From Chiloscyllium plagiosum (lineage: Eukaryota), in NCBI RefSeq assembly GCF_004010195.1, contig NC_057752.1, forward strand, positions 15,395,031-15,459,030: 64,000 bases of DNA, read 5' to 3'. The position numbers and the translations under genes are program-made. This document shows positions 1 through 11,160 of the stretch, piece by piece. The notes below the pieces were generated by a model. The model was not told where the DNA came from. It saw nothing but the letters and a program-made list of their open reading frames with translations, and did not search any database. The stretch's first letter is position 1, and each line of letters starts with the position of its first letter.

Positions 1-2478
1 AAGTTCAACAAGTGAGAAGAGCAGCAGAGATGGCAGATGAATATACACTGGTGCATAAATGCAAACTTTAGCTTCTGGCAAGAATTTCATCCTGTGAGGG
101 GTATAAATTGGGAGAAGGAGAGATCGTATACTATGTAACAAAGAATAGAGAACACTGGTAAGAGTTTACCACAGGTTAAAAAAGAAGCCCAAGAGGGTGG
201 AAAGGAGATGAAAGGTCTCAACTGTTTCCACTGTGGTAAAGTGGTAAGGTTGTTAAAGTGCTGGTTGTTAAAGAAGGGCACTGTGGGTAAAGATGTGCTC
301 AAGGAAGCTCAGCTAGTGGCAATAGTGAAAGTAGGAAAAGAAACCCCAAAAAATGTTGAGGAGCTGCAGGAGAGTGCACAGGCTAGGCAGGGGCTGGGTA
401 TGGAGATAGTGCTTGATCTCTATAAAAAAATTCGCCTCTGTGGGTAAATTTACTCAGAAAGAGCAGGGGGAGAAGGGCAAGAAATTATAATTTTGAGAGA
501 TACAGGATCTAACCAGACTCTAATAGTAATAGATAAACATATTTGCACTCTTTCTGACCTGTTAGCCGAGAGAATGGTAATTTGTGGGATAGATGAACAG
601 AAATTTAGTGTTCCCTTACATAAGATCAGCTTGGAGTGCCAACTCAAGACTGGAGAATTAACAGTGGGTGTGATTGATAGAGTGTAAGTTCCAGAAATCC
701 AGTTTGTTTTTGGGAACTATTTAGCAGGATCCACGGTGGGAGTGACACCCCTTGTTAGATTAGATTCAATTCCCTACAGTGTGGAAACAGGCCCATCAGC
801 CCAACCAGTTCATACCGACCCTCCGAAGAGTAACCCACCCAGACCCGTTTCCCTCTGACTAATGCACGTAGCACTACGGGCAATCTAGCATGGCCAATTC
901 ATCTAACGTGCACAGCTTTGGACTGCGGGAGGAAACCAGAGCACCCGGAGGAAACCCACGCCGACACGGGAGAATGTGCAAACTCCACACTGACAGTCAC
1001 CCCAGGCTGGAATTGAACCTGGGACCCTGGTGCTGTGAGGCAGCAGTGCTAACCACTGAACCACCGTGCCACCTTGGAGAAGCCCAAGGAAGCCCAAGAA
1101 GCTGATAAGTTAAAACAGTAATATCCTGGTATTTTCCCAGACTGTGTGGTAACCAGATCCCACTATCATAAGACACATCACAAAGTGAAAACTGAAGAGA
1201 AAGATGAAGGAGTTGAGGTTCAACTAGTGGACACTCTGTTTGACATAATGGTGCAGGAAAAACCTGAACAGGCAAAGGGTCAGGCAGAAGTGTTTAGTCC
1301 TGAAAGACTAATGGATTTACAACGAAAGACGAGGCAATAAAAGATCGATATGTTGATGCTTACTCAGAATAGGAGGGAGAGAATATTCCTGAAGGTTATT
1401 ATCTCAAAGATAGAATCCTCAGGCGAAAATGGAGACCATGGCAGGTTAGTGCAGAGCAGAAACGGGCCGAAGTGCACCGGTTTCTGTGGCCGTTAGCATA
1501 AAGACAGGAAGTGTTACAGGTAGCACATGAACTACCTGTAGGAGGTCACCTAGTGGTACGAAAGACTCATGTTAAGGTACAAAAGCATTTCTATTGGTCT
1601 GGAATGCACAGGGATGTGGTTAATTTCTACCATATGTGACATACATGCCAAATGGTAGGTAAGCTACGGACAGTTATAAAACCAGCACTTTCCCCACATT
1701 GGAAGAACCTTTCACACGGATAATGATTGATTGTGTTGGCCCTTTCCCGGGAACTAAAAGTGGAAACCAGTACTTGCTACCAGATGTCTGGAGGCAATTC
1801 CATGATGGAGTATTAAGGCAAAAAGGGTGAGCGAGGACTTGGTAGCTTTCTTCACACAGTATGGGCTATTCAGAGAGATTCAGTTGGACCAAGGGTCTAA
1901 TTTTACTGCTAGGATGTTGAAGGAAGTCATGGGTAGCTTAGGTATATGGCACTTTAAATCAAGTGTGTATCATCCTGACCAGGGGGCTTTGGAAAGGTTG
2001 TATCAGACCTTGAAGACCATGTTGAGAGCATGCTGTCAGGATTACCTGAATGATTGGGACAAACGTATCCCATCTATATTGTTTGCCATTGGAGATACCG
2101 CAAACAAATCTACTCAGTTTACTCCCTTCGAGTTATGAACATGAAGTGAGAGGCCCTTTGAAATTAATTAAAGAAAAATTGACAGGACCAAAGTCGGAGA
2201 TCTCACACTTGGATTAAATATCGGAGATGAGGGAGAGATTAAATAGAGAAGGTGAGTTAGCCAAACAGCACCTAAAGAGGGCACAGCATAGAATGAAGCA
2301 GGTGGCAGATGACAACTCTGAGACTCGGATATTTTCCCGAGGGGATGATGTATTAGTACTGTTACCAGTGATAGGAGAGTCCTTCAAAGCCAGGTTTAGT
2401 GGTCCCTATCAAACTGAGAAAAGGTTGAACTATCTAGTAAAGATGCCAGATCGAAAAAAAGGTATCGAGTGTGTCATC
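1..2478 (+). mobile_element. Decayed Ty3/Gypsy LTR retrotransposon internal region (gag zinc knuckle, protease, integrase), Gmr1-like domain order
   Basis: Degenerate CCHC knuckle CFHCGKV..KCW (~223-265); aspartic protease LRDTGS (493-510); integrase Zn-binding AHELPVGGHL...C..C (~1523-1650); core MIDCVGP (~1723), IQLDQGSNF, GALERLYQTLK; C-terminal FSGPY (~2395-2409). Multiple stops and frameshifts, interrupted by a SINE. Confidence 0.9.
755..1073 (-). mobile_element. HE1-type tRNA-derived V-SINE
   Basis: Minus strand begins GGTGGCACGGTGG...GTGGTTAGCACTGCTGCCTCACAGC (A box) and GGTTCAATTCC (B box), has the V-domain GTGTGGAGTTTGCACATTCTCCC and ends in a TAATCTAA tail. CCTTG occurs at both flanks (750-754, 1072-1076). 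Confidence 0.93.
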
Positions 2479-2481
2479 TGA

Positions 2482-2560
2482 TCTTTCCCCACTGCACCGT
2501 GGCAGCAGCCGCCCCAAGATATAGTGCATCCCTCAGCACGTGGTCCTGGACTTTGGAAGG
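2482..2560 (-). mobile_element. L1/Tx1-like LINE ORF2 C-terminal fragment
   Basis: Minus strand reads SKVQDHVLRDALYLGAAAATVQWGK, resembling the C-terminus of vertebrate Tx1-like ORF2 (recognised from memory). Confidence 0.6.
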
Positions 2561-2598
2561 TGCCAGGCATTATTTTGGAAAAGCAAATCAGAGCAGGA

Positions 2599-2918
2599 TT
2601 TAGATTAGATAACTTACAGCGTGGAAACAGGCCCTTCGGCCCAACACATCCACACTAACCCACCGAAGCGCAACCCACCCAGACCCATTCCCCTACATTT
2701 ACTCCTTCACCAAACACTACTGACAATTTAGCATGGCCAATTCACTTAACCTGCACATTTTTGGACTCTGGGAGGAAACCGGAGCACCCAGAGGAAACCC
2801 ACGCAGACACTGGGAGTATGTGCAAACTCCACACAGAGAGTCGCCTGAGGCGGGAATTGAACCCGGGTCTCTGGCACTGTGAGGCAACAGTGCTAACCAC
2901 TGTGCCACCATGCCACCC
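2599..2918 (-). mobile_element. HE1-type V-SINE, full length
   Basis: Same head, V-domain and AGTTATCTAATCTAA tail as the copy at 755-1073. Confidence 0.93.
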
Positions 2919-2974
2919 ATGAAATGACAAGGTCCTGAGGAGTGTTGCTGAACAAAGAGACTTTGGAGTGCAGG

Positions 2975-3523
2975 NNNNNNNNNNNNNNNNNNNNNNNNNN
3001 NNNNNNNNNNNNNNNNNNNNNNNNNNNNNNNNNNNNNNNNNNNNNNNNNNNNNNNNNNNNNNNNNNNNNNNNNNNNNNNNNNNNNNNNNNNNNNNNNNNN
3101 NNNNNNNNNNNNNNNNNNNNNNNNNNNNNNNNNNNNNNNNNNNNNNNNNNNNNNNNNNNNNNNNNNNNNNNNNNNNNNNNNNNNNNNNNNNNNNNNNNNN
3201 NNNNNNNNNNNNNNNNNNNNNNNNNNNNNNNNNNNNNNNNNNNNNNNNNNNNNNNNNNNNNNNNNNNNNNNNNNNNNNNNNNNNNNNNNNNNNNNNNNNN
3301 NNNNNNNNNNNNNNNNNNNNNNNNNNNNNNNNNNNNNNNNNNNNNNNNNNNNNNNNNNNNNNNNNNNNNNNNNNNNNNNNNNNNNNNNNNNNNNNNNNNN
3401 NNNNNNNNNNNNNNNNNNNNNNNNNNNNNNNNNNNNNNNNNNNNNNNNNNNNNNNNNNNNNNNNNNNNNNNNNNNNNNNNNNNNNNNNNNNNNNNNNNNN
3501 NNNNNNNNNNNNNNNNNNNNNNN
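2975..3523. other. Assembly gap (N run)
   Basis: 549 consecutive N, flanked by CR1 LINE sequence. Confidence 1.
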
Positions 3524-3786
3524 TCTATAAGGTCACCCCTCAGCCTCTGACGATCCAGGGAAAATAGCCCCAGCCTTTTCAGCCTCTCCCTGTAGCTCAG
3601 ATCCTCCAACCCTGGCAACATCCTCGTAAATCTCTTCTGAACCCTTTCAAGTTTCACAACATCTTTCCGATGGGAAGGAGACCAGAATTGCATGCAATAT
3701 TCCAACAGTGGCCTAACCAATGTCCTGTACAGCCGCAACATGACCTCCCAACTCCTGTACTCAATACTCTGACCAATAAAGGAAAG
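3524..3786 (-). mobile_element. CR1/HER1-type LINE ORF2 3' fragment
   Basis: Minus strand encodes LYRTLVRPLLEYCMQFWSP...LERVQKRFTRMLPGLEDLSYRERL...RLRGDLI, the conserved post-RT CR1 motif. Confidence 0.9.
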
Positions 3787-4216
3787 GATTTGAGCGAGAG
3801 GGAGAGACTGAAAAGGCTGGGGCTGTTTTCCCTGCAGCGTCAAAGGCTGAGGGGTGACCTTATAGAGGTTTCTAAAATCATGCGGGGCATGGATAGAATA
3901 AATAGACAAGTCTCTTTTCCCTGGGGTGGCGAAGTCCAGAACTAAAGGGCGTAGGTTTAGGGTGAGAAGGGTAAGATATAAAAGAGACCTAAGGGTTAAC
4001 TTTTTCACATAGAGGGTGGTGCATGTATGGAATGAGCTCCTAGAAGAAGTGGTGGAGGCTTGTAAAATTACAGCATTTAAAAGACATCTGGATGGGAATT
4101 TGAATAGGAAGGGTTTAGAGGGATATGGGTCAAATGCTGGCAAATGAGACTAGATTAGGTTATGATATCTTGTTGGACTGAAAGGCCTGTTTCAATGCTG
4201 TACATCTCTATGACTC
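3785..4216 (+). mobile_element. CR1/HER1-type LINE 3' end with 3' UTR
   Basis: RLRGDLIEV...FFT.RVV..WNEL motifs, then a 3' tail GGCCTGTTTC..TGCTGTACATCTCTATGACTC resembling the HE1 SINE tail. Confidence 0.9.
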
Positions 4217-4408
4217 AGTGACTCGGTTGAGGTCAACTCCTTGCTCTGGAAGACCAACAAGTTTGGCAAATGGGACTAGATTAGGTTAGGATATCTTGTT
4301 GGCATGGACGAGTTGGACCGAAAGGCCTGTTTCAATGCTGTACATCTCTATGACTCAGTGACTCGGTTGAGGTCAACTCCTTGCTCTGGAAGACCAACAA
4401 GTTTTGGC
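4138..4408 (+). repeat. Local tandem duplication of a LINE 3' end plus flank (~126/141 bp)
   Basis: 4138-4263 repeats at 4264-4404, with TGGC at all three junctions. Copy 1 lacks 14 nt between GTTGG direct repeats. Confidence 0.92.
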
Positions 4409-4555
4409 CATTGCCGTGTGTTGGAAGGAGTTACAGGTCAGTACTGAACCTGTTTGGCCACGTTAACCCACTTTCCTTGACCATCAAGTCCTGAAGATCA
4501 GGGACACTCGCCGGCAAGCTCTATATCTCCTCCTTGGCCTCGGCATCCATTTCTG
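4220..4555 (-). mobile_element. L1/Tx1-like LINE fragments
   Basis: Minus strand reads NLLVFQSKELTSTE, which in Tx1-like ORF2 immediately precedes the SKVQD motif seen at 2482-2560. An upstream EEI/LMVKESGLTWPNRFS piece is also present. Confidence 0.55.
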
Positions 4556-4805
4556 TTCCCTTGAAGTGTTTGGGGTTATTTTTCTTAAAAATTTAGATGG
4601 CGTTTTTCTGGACACTGTTCTACTATGCATCCACCTGAATCACCACGATCAGACCTGATCCTATGTACACACGAAAAGGAGATCATGACAATGATCATGA
4701 TCATTTGCAAAGACTAATCTTTTCTTATGGAGGAAGAAGATCGAGGAAAGGCACCAAATGAACCCAACCATCAGGTATTATTCATAGAATTAACTGACAA
4801 GCTGG

Positions 4806-4986
4806 AATTCATAGAATCCCTGCAGTGTGGAAACAGGCCATTTGGCCCATTAAGTTCACACTGACCCTCCAAAGAATATCCCACCCTCACCCATTCCCCT
4901 ACCCTACATTTCCCACGACTAATGCACCTATCCTACACCTCCCTGAACACTGTGGGCAATTTAGCGTGGCCAATTCACCCTAACCT
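4806..4986 (-). mobile_element. 5'-truncated HE1-type SINE
   Basis: Contains only the 3' half (GGTGAATTGGCCACGCTAAATTGCCC...GGCCTGTTTCCACACTGCAGGGATTCTATG). Confidence 0.85.
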
Positions 4987-5343
4987 TTATCGCATATGTT
5001 AACTTTTAATGTGATACTCTATCAATTGCTTTTTGGAAATCCAGGTATACTGCACCTACTTTACACAACTGGTTACATCCTAAAGAAGTATGAACACACA
5101 TTTATCCACCAGGATTCCTTTTTTTGCAAAACTTTGATCATACTATCCTTTCTGAAGTGTATTGTTACAGCGTATTTAATGATAGATTCCAGTAGTTCCC
5201 TGACAACTAACTTCAGGCTAACTTTCCTGGAGCTCCCTGCTTTCTCTCTCCTTCCTTTCTTAAATGGTGGTTATACTGTCAGGATTGAATAGTTATTTTT
5301 GTGTAACTGTCAGCAAATCCCCAGGCAAACATCGTACCACATC

Positions 5344-5545
5344 AAAACTGAAAGAATTGCAGATGCTGTAAGCCAGAAACAAAAGCAAAAGTTGCAGGAA
5401 AAGCTCAGCAAGTCTGGCAGCATCTGTGAAGAGAAATCAAAGTTCAGAACAGTTCTGAGGAAGGTTCACTGGACCTGAAACATTAACTTTGATTTCTCTT
5501 CACAGATGCTGCCAGCTGAGCTTCTGCAGCAACTTCTGCTATTGT
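5344..5545. mobile_element. Palindromic non-autonomous element with a hammerhead-ribozyme-like core (Penelope-related)
   Basis: Arms CTGGCAGCATCTGTGAAGAGAAATCAAAGTT and AACTTTGATTTCTCTTCACAGATGCTGCCAG are reverse complements. The centre has CTGAGGA-AGGTTCACTGGACCT-GAAA (5455-5480). Confidence 0.75.
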
Positions 5546-5569
5546 ACGAGATGAACATTGCACAACATA

Positions 5570-5860
5570 GGGCTGCACAGTGGCTCAGTGGTTAGCACTG
5601 CTGCCTCAGAGCACCAGGTTCAGTTCCAGCCTCAGGCGACTGTCTGTGTGGAGTTTGCACATTCTCCCTGTGTCTGTGTGGGTGTCCTCTGGGTACTCTG
5701 GCTTCCTCCCACAGTCCAAAGATGTGCTGGTCAGGTGAATTGCCCCAAGTGTTAGGTGCTTCAGTCAGAGGGAAATGGATCTGGCTGGGTTACTCTTCGG
5801 ATGGTCAGTGTGGACTGGTTGGGCTGAAGGGCCTGTTTCCACACTGTAGGGTATCTAATC
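5570..5860 (+). mobile_element. HE1-type V-SINE with target-site duplication
   Basis: A/B boxes, V-domain and CTAATC tail. CAACATA is duplicated at 5563-5569 and 5860-5866. Confidence 0.92.
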
Positions 5861-7289
5861 AACATAAGGACTGATGTCAGCAATCTCTCCAGGTGAACCT
5901 TGGTGCAAGTATCAACAGAACGTTCCAAACCAGTTTCGAATGCTATTCCAAGGAATAGACAGATACTGATAAGGAATGGGGGAAACAGTGCCAGGCTTGG
6001 ATAAGATTAAGCAATCCCTGACTCAGTGAATGGGAGATCAACTTGTTTTGTATGTTTGTGTGAAACAGATTTGAATGTGGATAATGAGATGCCTATATGA
6101 CCTGAAATGCTCGAAAGATGCTGCATTTTCTGTATTCCTCAGAACTATTCTAACCAGTCGAGAGAATATGCTCCCTGCATTTACTCAATCAATTGATCAT
6201 AAATTTGTGCTCAGAATCCTGCGGTCAGTTTTTCGAAATTGCCACAAGAATGGAGTTAAATTTGTGAACCTGTAATCCACTGGAATCAATTCCAGAACCG
6301 AGGGATTTTTGGAAAATGTTCAGCTCTCAAAAATAACATAAATAGGACAATTATATTTTATCGTTATGCTTTAAATCCTTAACTTGACATTTATTAGAAG
6401 TTCGAAGCATTCTGAATAATAAACTTGACATACCTGCGCATACGCTTCTTCCTCCACTGTAAGGGAAAAGGAAAGATTAGCATGTGTGTTTGAATTCATT
6501 CATGAGATGTAGGTAATGTTGGCTGGTCCAGTATTCATTGCCCATCCCAAAACTCCAGAGCATTCCTGTGTATTGAAACATTCTCCCTGTCATCACTGTC
6601 CCACCTCTGGAGCCTACAATTCTATAACTAGAATCTGAGAGAAGACTTTACAAAGAAAACAGGGAATGCTGGAAAAACTCAACCAGTCTGGCAGCATCTG
6701 TGGAGAGAGAAACAGAGTTAATATTTCAAGGCAAAAATTTATGACAGCTAAGCATTGGTAATTGAAATGCTTACATATGTAGAATTATAGCCAAACTTGG
6801 CATCATTCTTGCACCAAAGCTCATCACCGAGAATAAATTTCCACTTATCCAAGACTCCAGAGCATTCCTGTTGATGAAGCTCAAGATTCAGTATGCCACT
6901 TACTGTACTGATAATGCTGTGCTTCAAGTACCATGCACCGAAGCTGTACTGATATCAGGTCACAGTCCCTCGTGGAATCTTGTTATGGAAGATTTAACAA
7001 TGTACACCTTGGAGTGTACTTCTCTGCAAGGCACATTGATTCATGTGTGAGCAAAAACTTCAAAACAGTGTTAATGTTCCCTCTAATCAATACTGCTTTC
7101 TTAATTTGTTTTTGAACACTTAATACCCTTGGATATTAAGCACGCGGTCCTTGCTATTTTTAAATGACATTATTGCTACTATACAGTACATTGTGTTTTC
7201 ATGCTGCTACTCTGCTTGGAGCTCACTAACTTAATATTGGAGAAATATAAGGAGCTGGAGTCTGGCAAATCCCCAAGGCCTTATATGGT

Positions 7290-7790
7290 GCATTCCCAAA
7301 TCCGAGGAAGAGAACTAGCTGCAGAGAGTATGGACATGCGAGCTGACGTTTTTCACAAATGAAGTTCTGCAAGGATCAGTGTTGGTGTCTCAGATGTTTA
7401 CAATCTCTGATCATGCTTAGACAAAGAAGCAGAAAGCACTGTGTCTAAGTTTGATCATGATGCAAAGCCAGATGGGAATGAAAATTGTGAGGGCAACGCA
7501 AAGGGGATGCAAAGAGTTGTACACAGGGTAGGGGAGATGACAGATGGCAAATCATCTGGGGAAGTGTAAAGTATTCACTTTGGTTATAAGACTAGAAATA
7601 CAATACCTTGTTAAAAATGTATGAAACTTTAAATGTTGATCGTCAGAGGGGATTGGAGTACAGGAATACTGTAAAGAGATATTGTTACAATTATATGAGG
7701 CTTTGGTGAGACTACACCTGGAATAATGTCTGCAGTTCTGATCAGTGTTATAGGAAAGATTACATTGAGGCTGTTAGAGTGTTGTTGATT
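7290..7790 (+). mobile_element. Old CR1-like RT fragment
   Basis: Degenerate QGSVL, SKF.HDAK (FADD-like) and LVRLHLE..LQF motifs with many stops. Confidence 0.7.
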
Positions 7791-8080
7791 CAGGATGATC
7801 AAGGGTTGATCTTAACTTTGGAAATCCAGAGATTGAAAAATTTTGAGCTGTTTGTAGCAGAGCTTTCAGCAGTCAGAAGCAAACGTGGTTTCTCTCCGAG
7901 AGAAGCAGTTAAAGAAAAGCATAGTTACCTTAGTGGAAAGCTTTAGCAAATGCAACTTTCAGACCAGGAGTGTTTGGTTCGAAGTATATGGGTTATTTAA
8001 AAACTGAGAAAGCCTAAGCTCTCAGTTTTGTGAATATTCATGCTGGAGAGCTTCACAGGAAAGAACTGGAGCAAATCAAC

Positions 8081-8580
8081 NNNNNNNNNNNNNNNNNNNN
8101 NNNNNNNNNNNNNNNNNNNNNNNNNNNNNNNNNNNNNNNNNNNNNNNNNNNNNNNNNNNNNNNNNNNNNNNNNNNNNNNNNNNNNNNNNNNNNNNNNNNN
8201 NNNNNNNNNNNNNNNNNNNNNNNNNNNNNNNNNNNNNNNNNNNNNNNNNNNNNNNNNNNNNNNNNNNNNNNNNNNNNNNNNNNNNNNNNNNNNNNNNNNN
8301 NNNNNNNNNNNNNNNNNNNNNNNNNNNNNNNNNNNNNNNNNNNNNNNNNNNNNNNNNNNNNNNNNNNNNNNNNNNNNNNNNNNNNNNNNNNNNNNNNNNN
8401 NNNNNNNNNNNNNNNNNNNNNNNNNNNNNNNNNNNNNNNNNNNNNNNNNNNNNNNNNNNNNNNNNNNNNNNNNNNNNNNNNNNNNNNNNNNNNNNNNNNN
8501 NNNNNNNNNNNNNNNNNNNNNNNNNNNNNNNNNNNNNNNNNNNNNNNNNNNNNNNNNNNNNNNNNNNNNNNNNNNNNNNN
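8081..8580. other. Assembly gap (N run)
   Basis: 500 consecutive N; hides the 3' end of the GPCR pseudogene. Confidence 1.
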
Positions 8581-9362
8581 CTTAGTCTGGGTCACGGCAT
8601 AAATCGCGGTGTTTGTGCAGCAACTGAGCAGCTGCATGATGAAGCTTATTTTCATCACAAAGCGATGGAGAGTTACAAGGATATACGCAATAAATACATC
8701 CATCTGCATACAGAATATACCATTCACGTTGACCAGAACAGGATGAAATTGGCCGAGATCACAAATAGTAAAGTGATGGATATCCCCAATTAGTGTGAGG
8801 CCAGAGCCTCCTGCGGATTTTGCTGGTCACGAAAATTGGTCTGACTGTGAAAACATTGAGCAGTACAATCAGGAGAAATGGGAGAACTGTGGTTGGAAGG
8901 TGGTGGAAGTTCTCGATTGTGACCCAGACACGGGAGTATCGGACATGGTATCGTACCCAAAAAATAGGGCATTCTTCTGATAATACATACGCATGAGCAT
9001 AAAATACCAGAAAATATTCTTGTAACAGCTCAGCACAGTCACTGTTTCCAGGACCACAGCCGCCGTTCTCTCACTGCAATATTTACTGATCAGCTTCTGG
9101 CAGCATATAGCCACAAACCAATCAAAGGTGAAAGTGACGGTGAACCAGTCAGAACAGTAAGTGACTTTATTAAGCTGGACGGCGTGGATATTGCACACGG
9201 GATGGACATCAGGAAATAAAACTGTTCATCATAAACAATATCAGTATCAGATCGAGGATTATGATCAGTAGATCTGCCACTGTCATGGCCCTCGGTAACG
9301 TCTGACACAGGCGGGTAGTTCAAAGTTTTTATAAAGCAGTACGTAGATCGTAACTACGTTAG
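8581..9362 (-). pseudogene. Class A GPCR pseudogene, GPR139/GPR142-like (main coding exon)
   Basis: Minus strand gives NVVTIYVLL (TM1 end), AMTVADLLIIILDLIL (TM2), WFTVTFTFDWFVAICCQKL.SKYCSERTAAVVL (TM3/ICL2, DRF mutated to DWF), PFLLIVLLNV (TM5), SITLLFVISANFILFWS (TM6), QLLSCCTNTAIYAVTQTK (TM7). Frameshifts, a stop and an ICL3 deletion are present. Confidence 0.85.
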
Positions 9363-10489
9363 TGTGAGGAAGGAAAACAAGCACATTATATATCAGCCTG
9401 AAGGCATGGTGACCAGTTTGATTGTGGACCCAGAGAGATGATAAACGTCATTCCGTGTTGAAACAGCATAATTGGAGCTGAAATAAAAATGTGGTAATTT
9501 CTGAATTACTGACAAAAAATCCGCCGTAATTCAAAAGAAACCTTCCCCCACCCCACAAACACAGAGAGAAACATCCATAAGAACAAAACAGTTCTCGAAG
9601 ATTCCCGCACGCTCGATCACTCGAGAGCAGACACCAATCACTTCCTTTCAGCTCCGAATAAAGAGGGTGAAAACGTTGCTGTCCTGAATGATTCGCTCCC
9701 AATTCTTTGAAGACAAATGGAAGTTGAAAATGTCTGTCTTTTCGGCTAAATTGTGGTTGACCTTCTGTCGTGCAAAAAATGTAAATGCTGGAAAAATGTA
9801 TGCACCCCTTTAACTGCCTGGAGATACCTCTGAACAGTGGCGCCTTCTCCCTGGAATAGGAAATCTTCTCTCGGTATCCTACTTTCTATTCAATTCACTG
9901 ACGCCGGCCGTTCACAAATAAAGTTATGGACTCTTCCAGGTAATGTTGGGTATAGAATGATCCTGAGAATGTCGGTCCCGCAAGATTGCAGGGAATGTCG
10001 GTAATCGAATGATAATCAAAAAGACCCACATCACAAAGGCCATTCTGTACAATAAATTTGGTACGATTCACTGAGCGTCACGGTGGGAATCTCTCCCCAA
10101 ACTTAGCTCAACTAGCATTATGTACAAAAATAAAACAAGAAATCTCAGCAATACCTTGATCGTGTGATCATAAAACCTCTTTTATGATCACACAGATATC
10201 AACGCTAATTCGGAGATCTCCGCCGCCTGTTTTTCAGTTGTCTGTAACATGCCTATCTGTAAAAACTTCTGCATGTTCAGTTCCCTATAGTCATATCTTT
10301 CTAATGATATTACAATCGTATAAATTTATGTCAATCCACACATTGAATTCCTCAGCTGTTTTTGTGATTGCAACACACATTCAGAGAGTGTCTTTAATTT
10401 AGCTTTTGAACTCATTGTTCCCTGCAACATTGTCACCTTTATTCCTCATATTGACCTGTCAGTAAACATGCTGACATCGTCATACTCAT

Positions 10490-11160
10490 AGGATCAGACC
10501 AGATGGGCAATTTTCCATGAAGCACCTCACCAACCCGAGGTATATCCTGTCACACTGACAGGACAGACCCATCACTGGTGGCGGCAACATACTACGCAGT
10601 CAGGAAAGGAGTTTCCGAGAGTTTCCCAACATAGTATCCAGAACACAATAAATCTCATGGAAACAGTTCAAAGACGGTCAAGTAAATGTCCTGATGATGT
10701 ACATCTACTGCCATCCAAACAACACCTCAGTGATAATACAGATACTCTCGAAGTTGAAAATAAATCAGAGGAAGCACTGAGAATGACAAGGACACAGAAC
10801 GTACTCTGGGTGTGGGACTTCAATGCCCATCACCAAGAGTGTTTCCACAGGCCCACCACGAAATGAGCAGGGCGAGGCCTCAAATACGCAGCAGCTATCC
10901 CGTGGTAATTGATGGGAGAACCAAAAAAAGGAAACATGCTCACCAAACGACTTGCCACAGATGGATCTGTTCCTAACAATATCTGTCGGAGTACCCAGCA
11001 CACAATCCTGGAGGAGGTAAAACCTCGTCCTAATATTGAAGGTGCCATCGATTGTGAAATGTGGCACTAACTTCAATGAAATAGGACATACCTCTGAAGG
11101 AACCAGCAAATGGAATCTCATGAAGCATTGTGGGTCAAAAGCAGCTGCAGCATCAATGCT
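10490..11160 (+). mobile_element. Old non-LTR retrotransposon AP-endonuclease fragment
   Basis: QDRP..GGG and EEALR..RTQNVLWVWDFNAHHQE (GDFN-like) motifs. Clade uncertain. Confidence 0.65.

Noticed and set aside
890..1105. Recurrent short ORFs such as GGTVAQWLALLPHS and CVEFAHSP
   Set aside because: They are chance reading frames within HE1 SINE copies.
2893..4143. Long ORFs of 180-416 aa here and at 8030-8727 and 48636-49956
   Set aside because: Their length comes from translation through N runs; the real portions are LINE or GPCR-pseudogene fragments.
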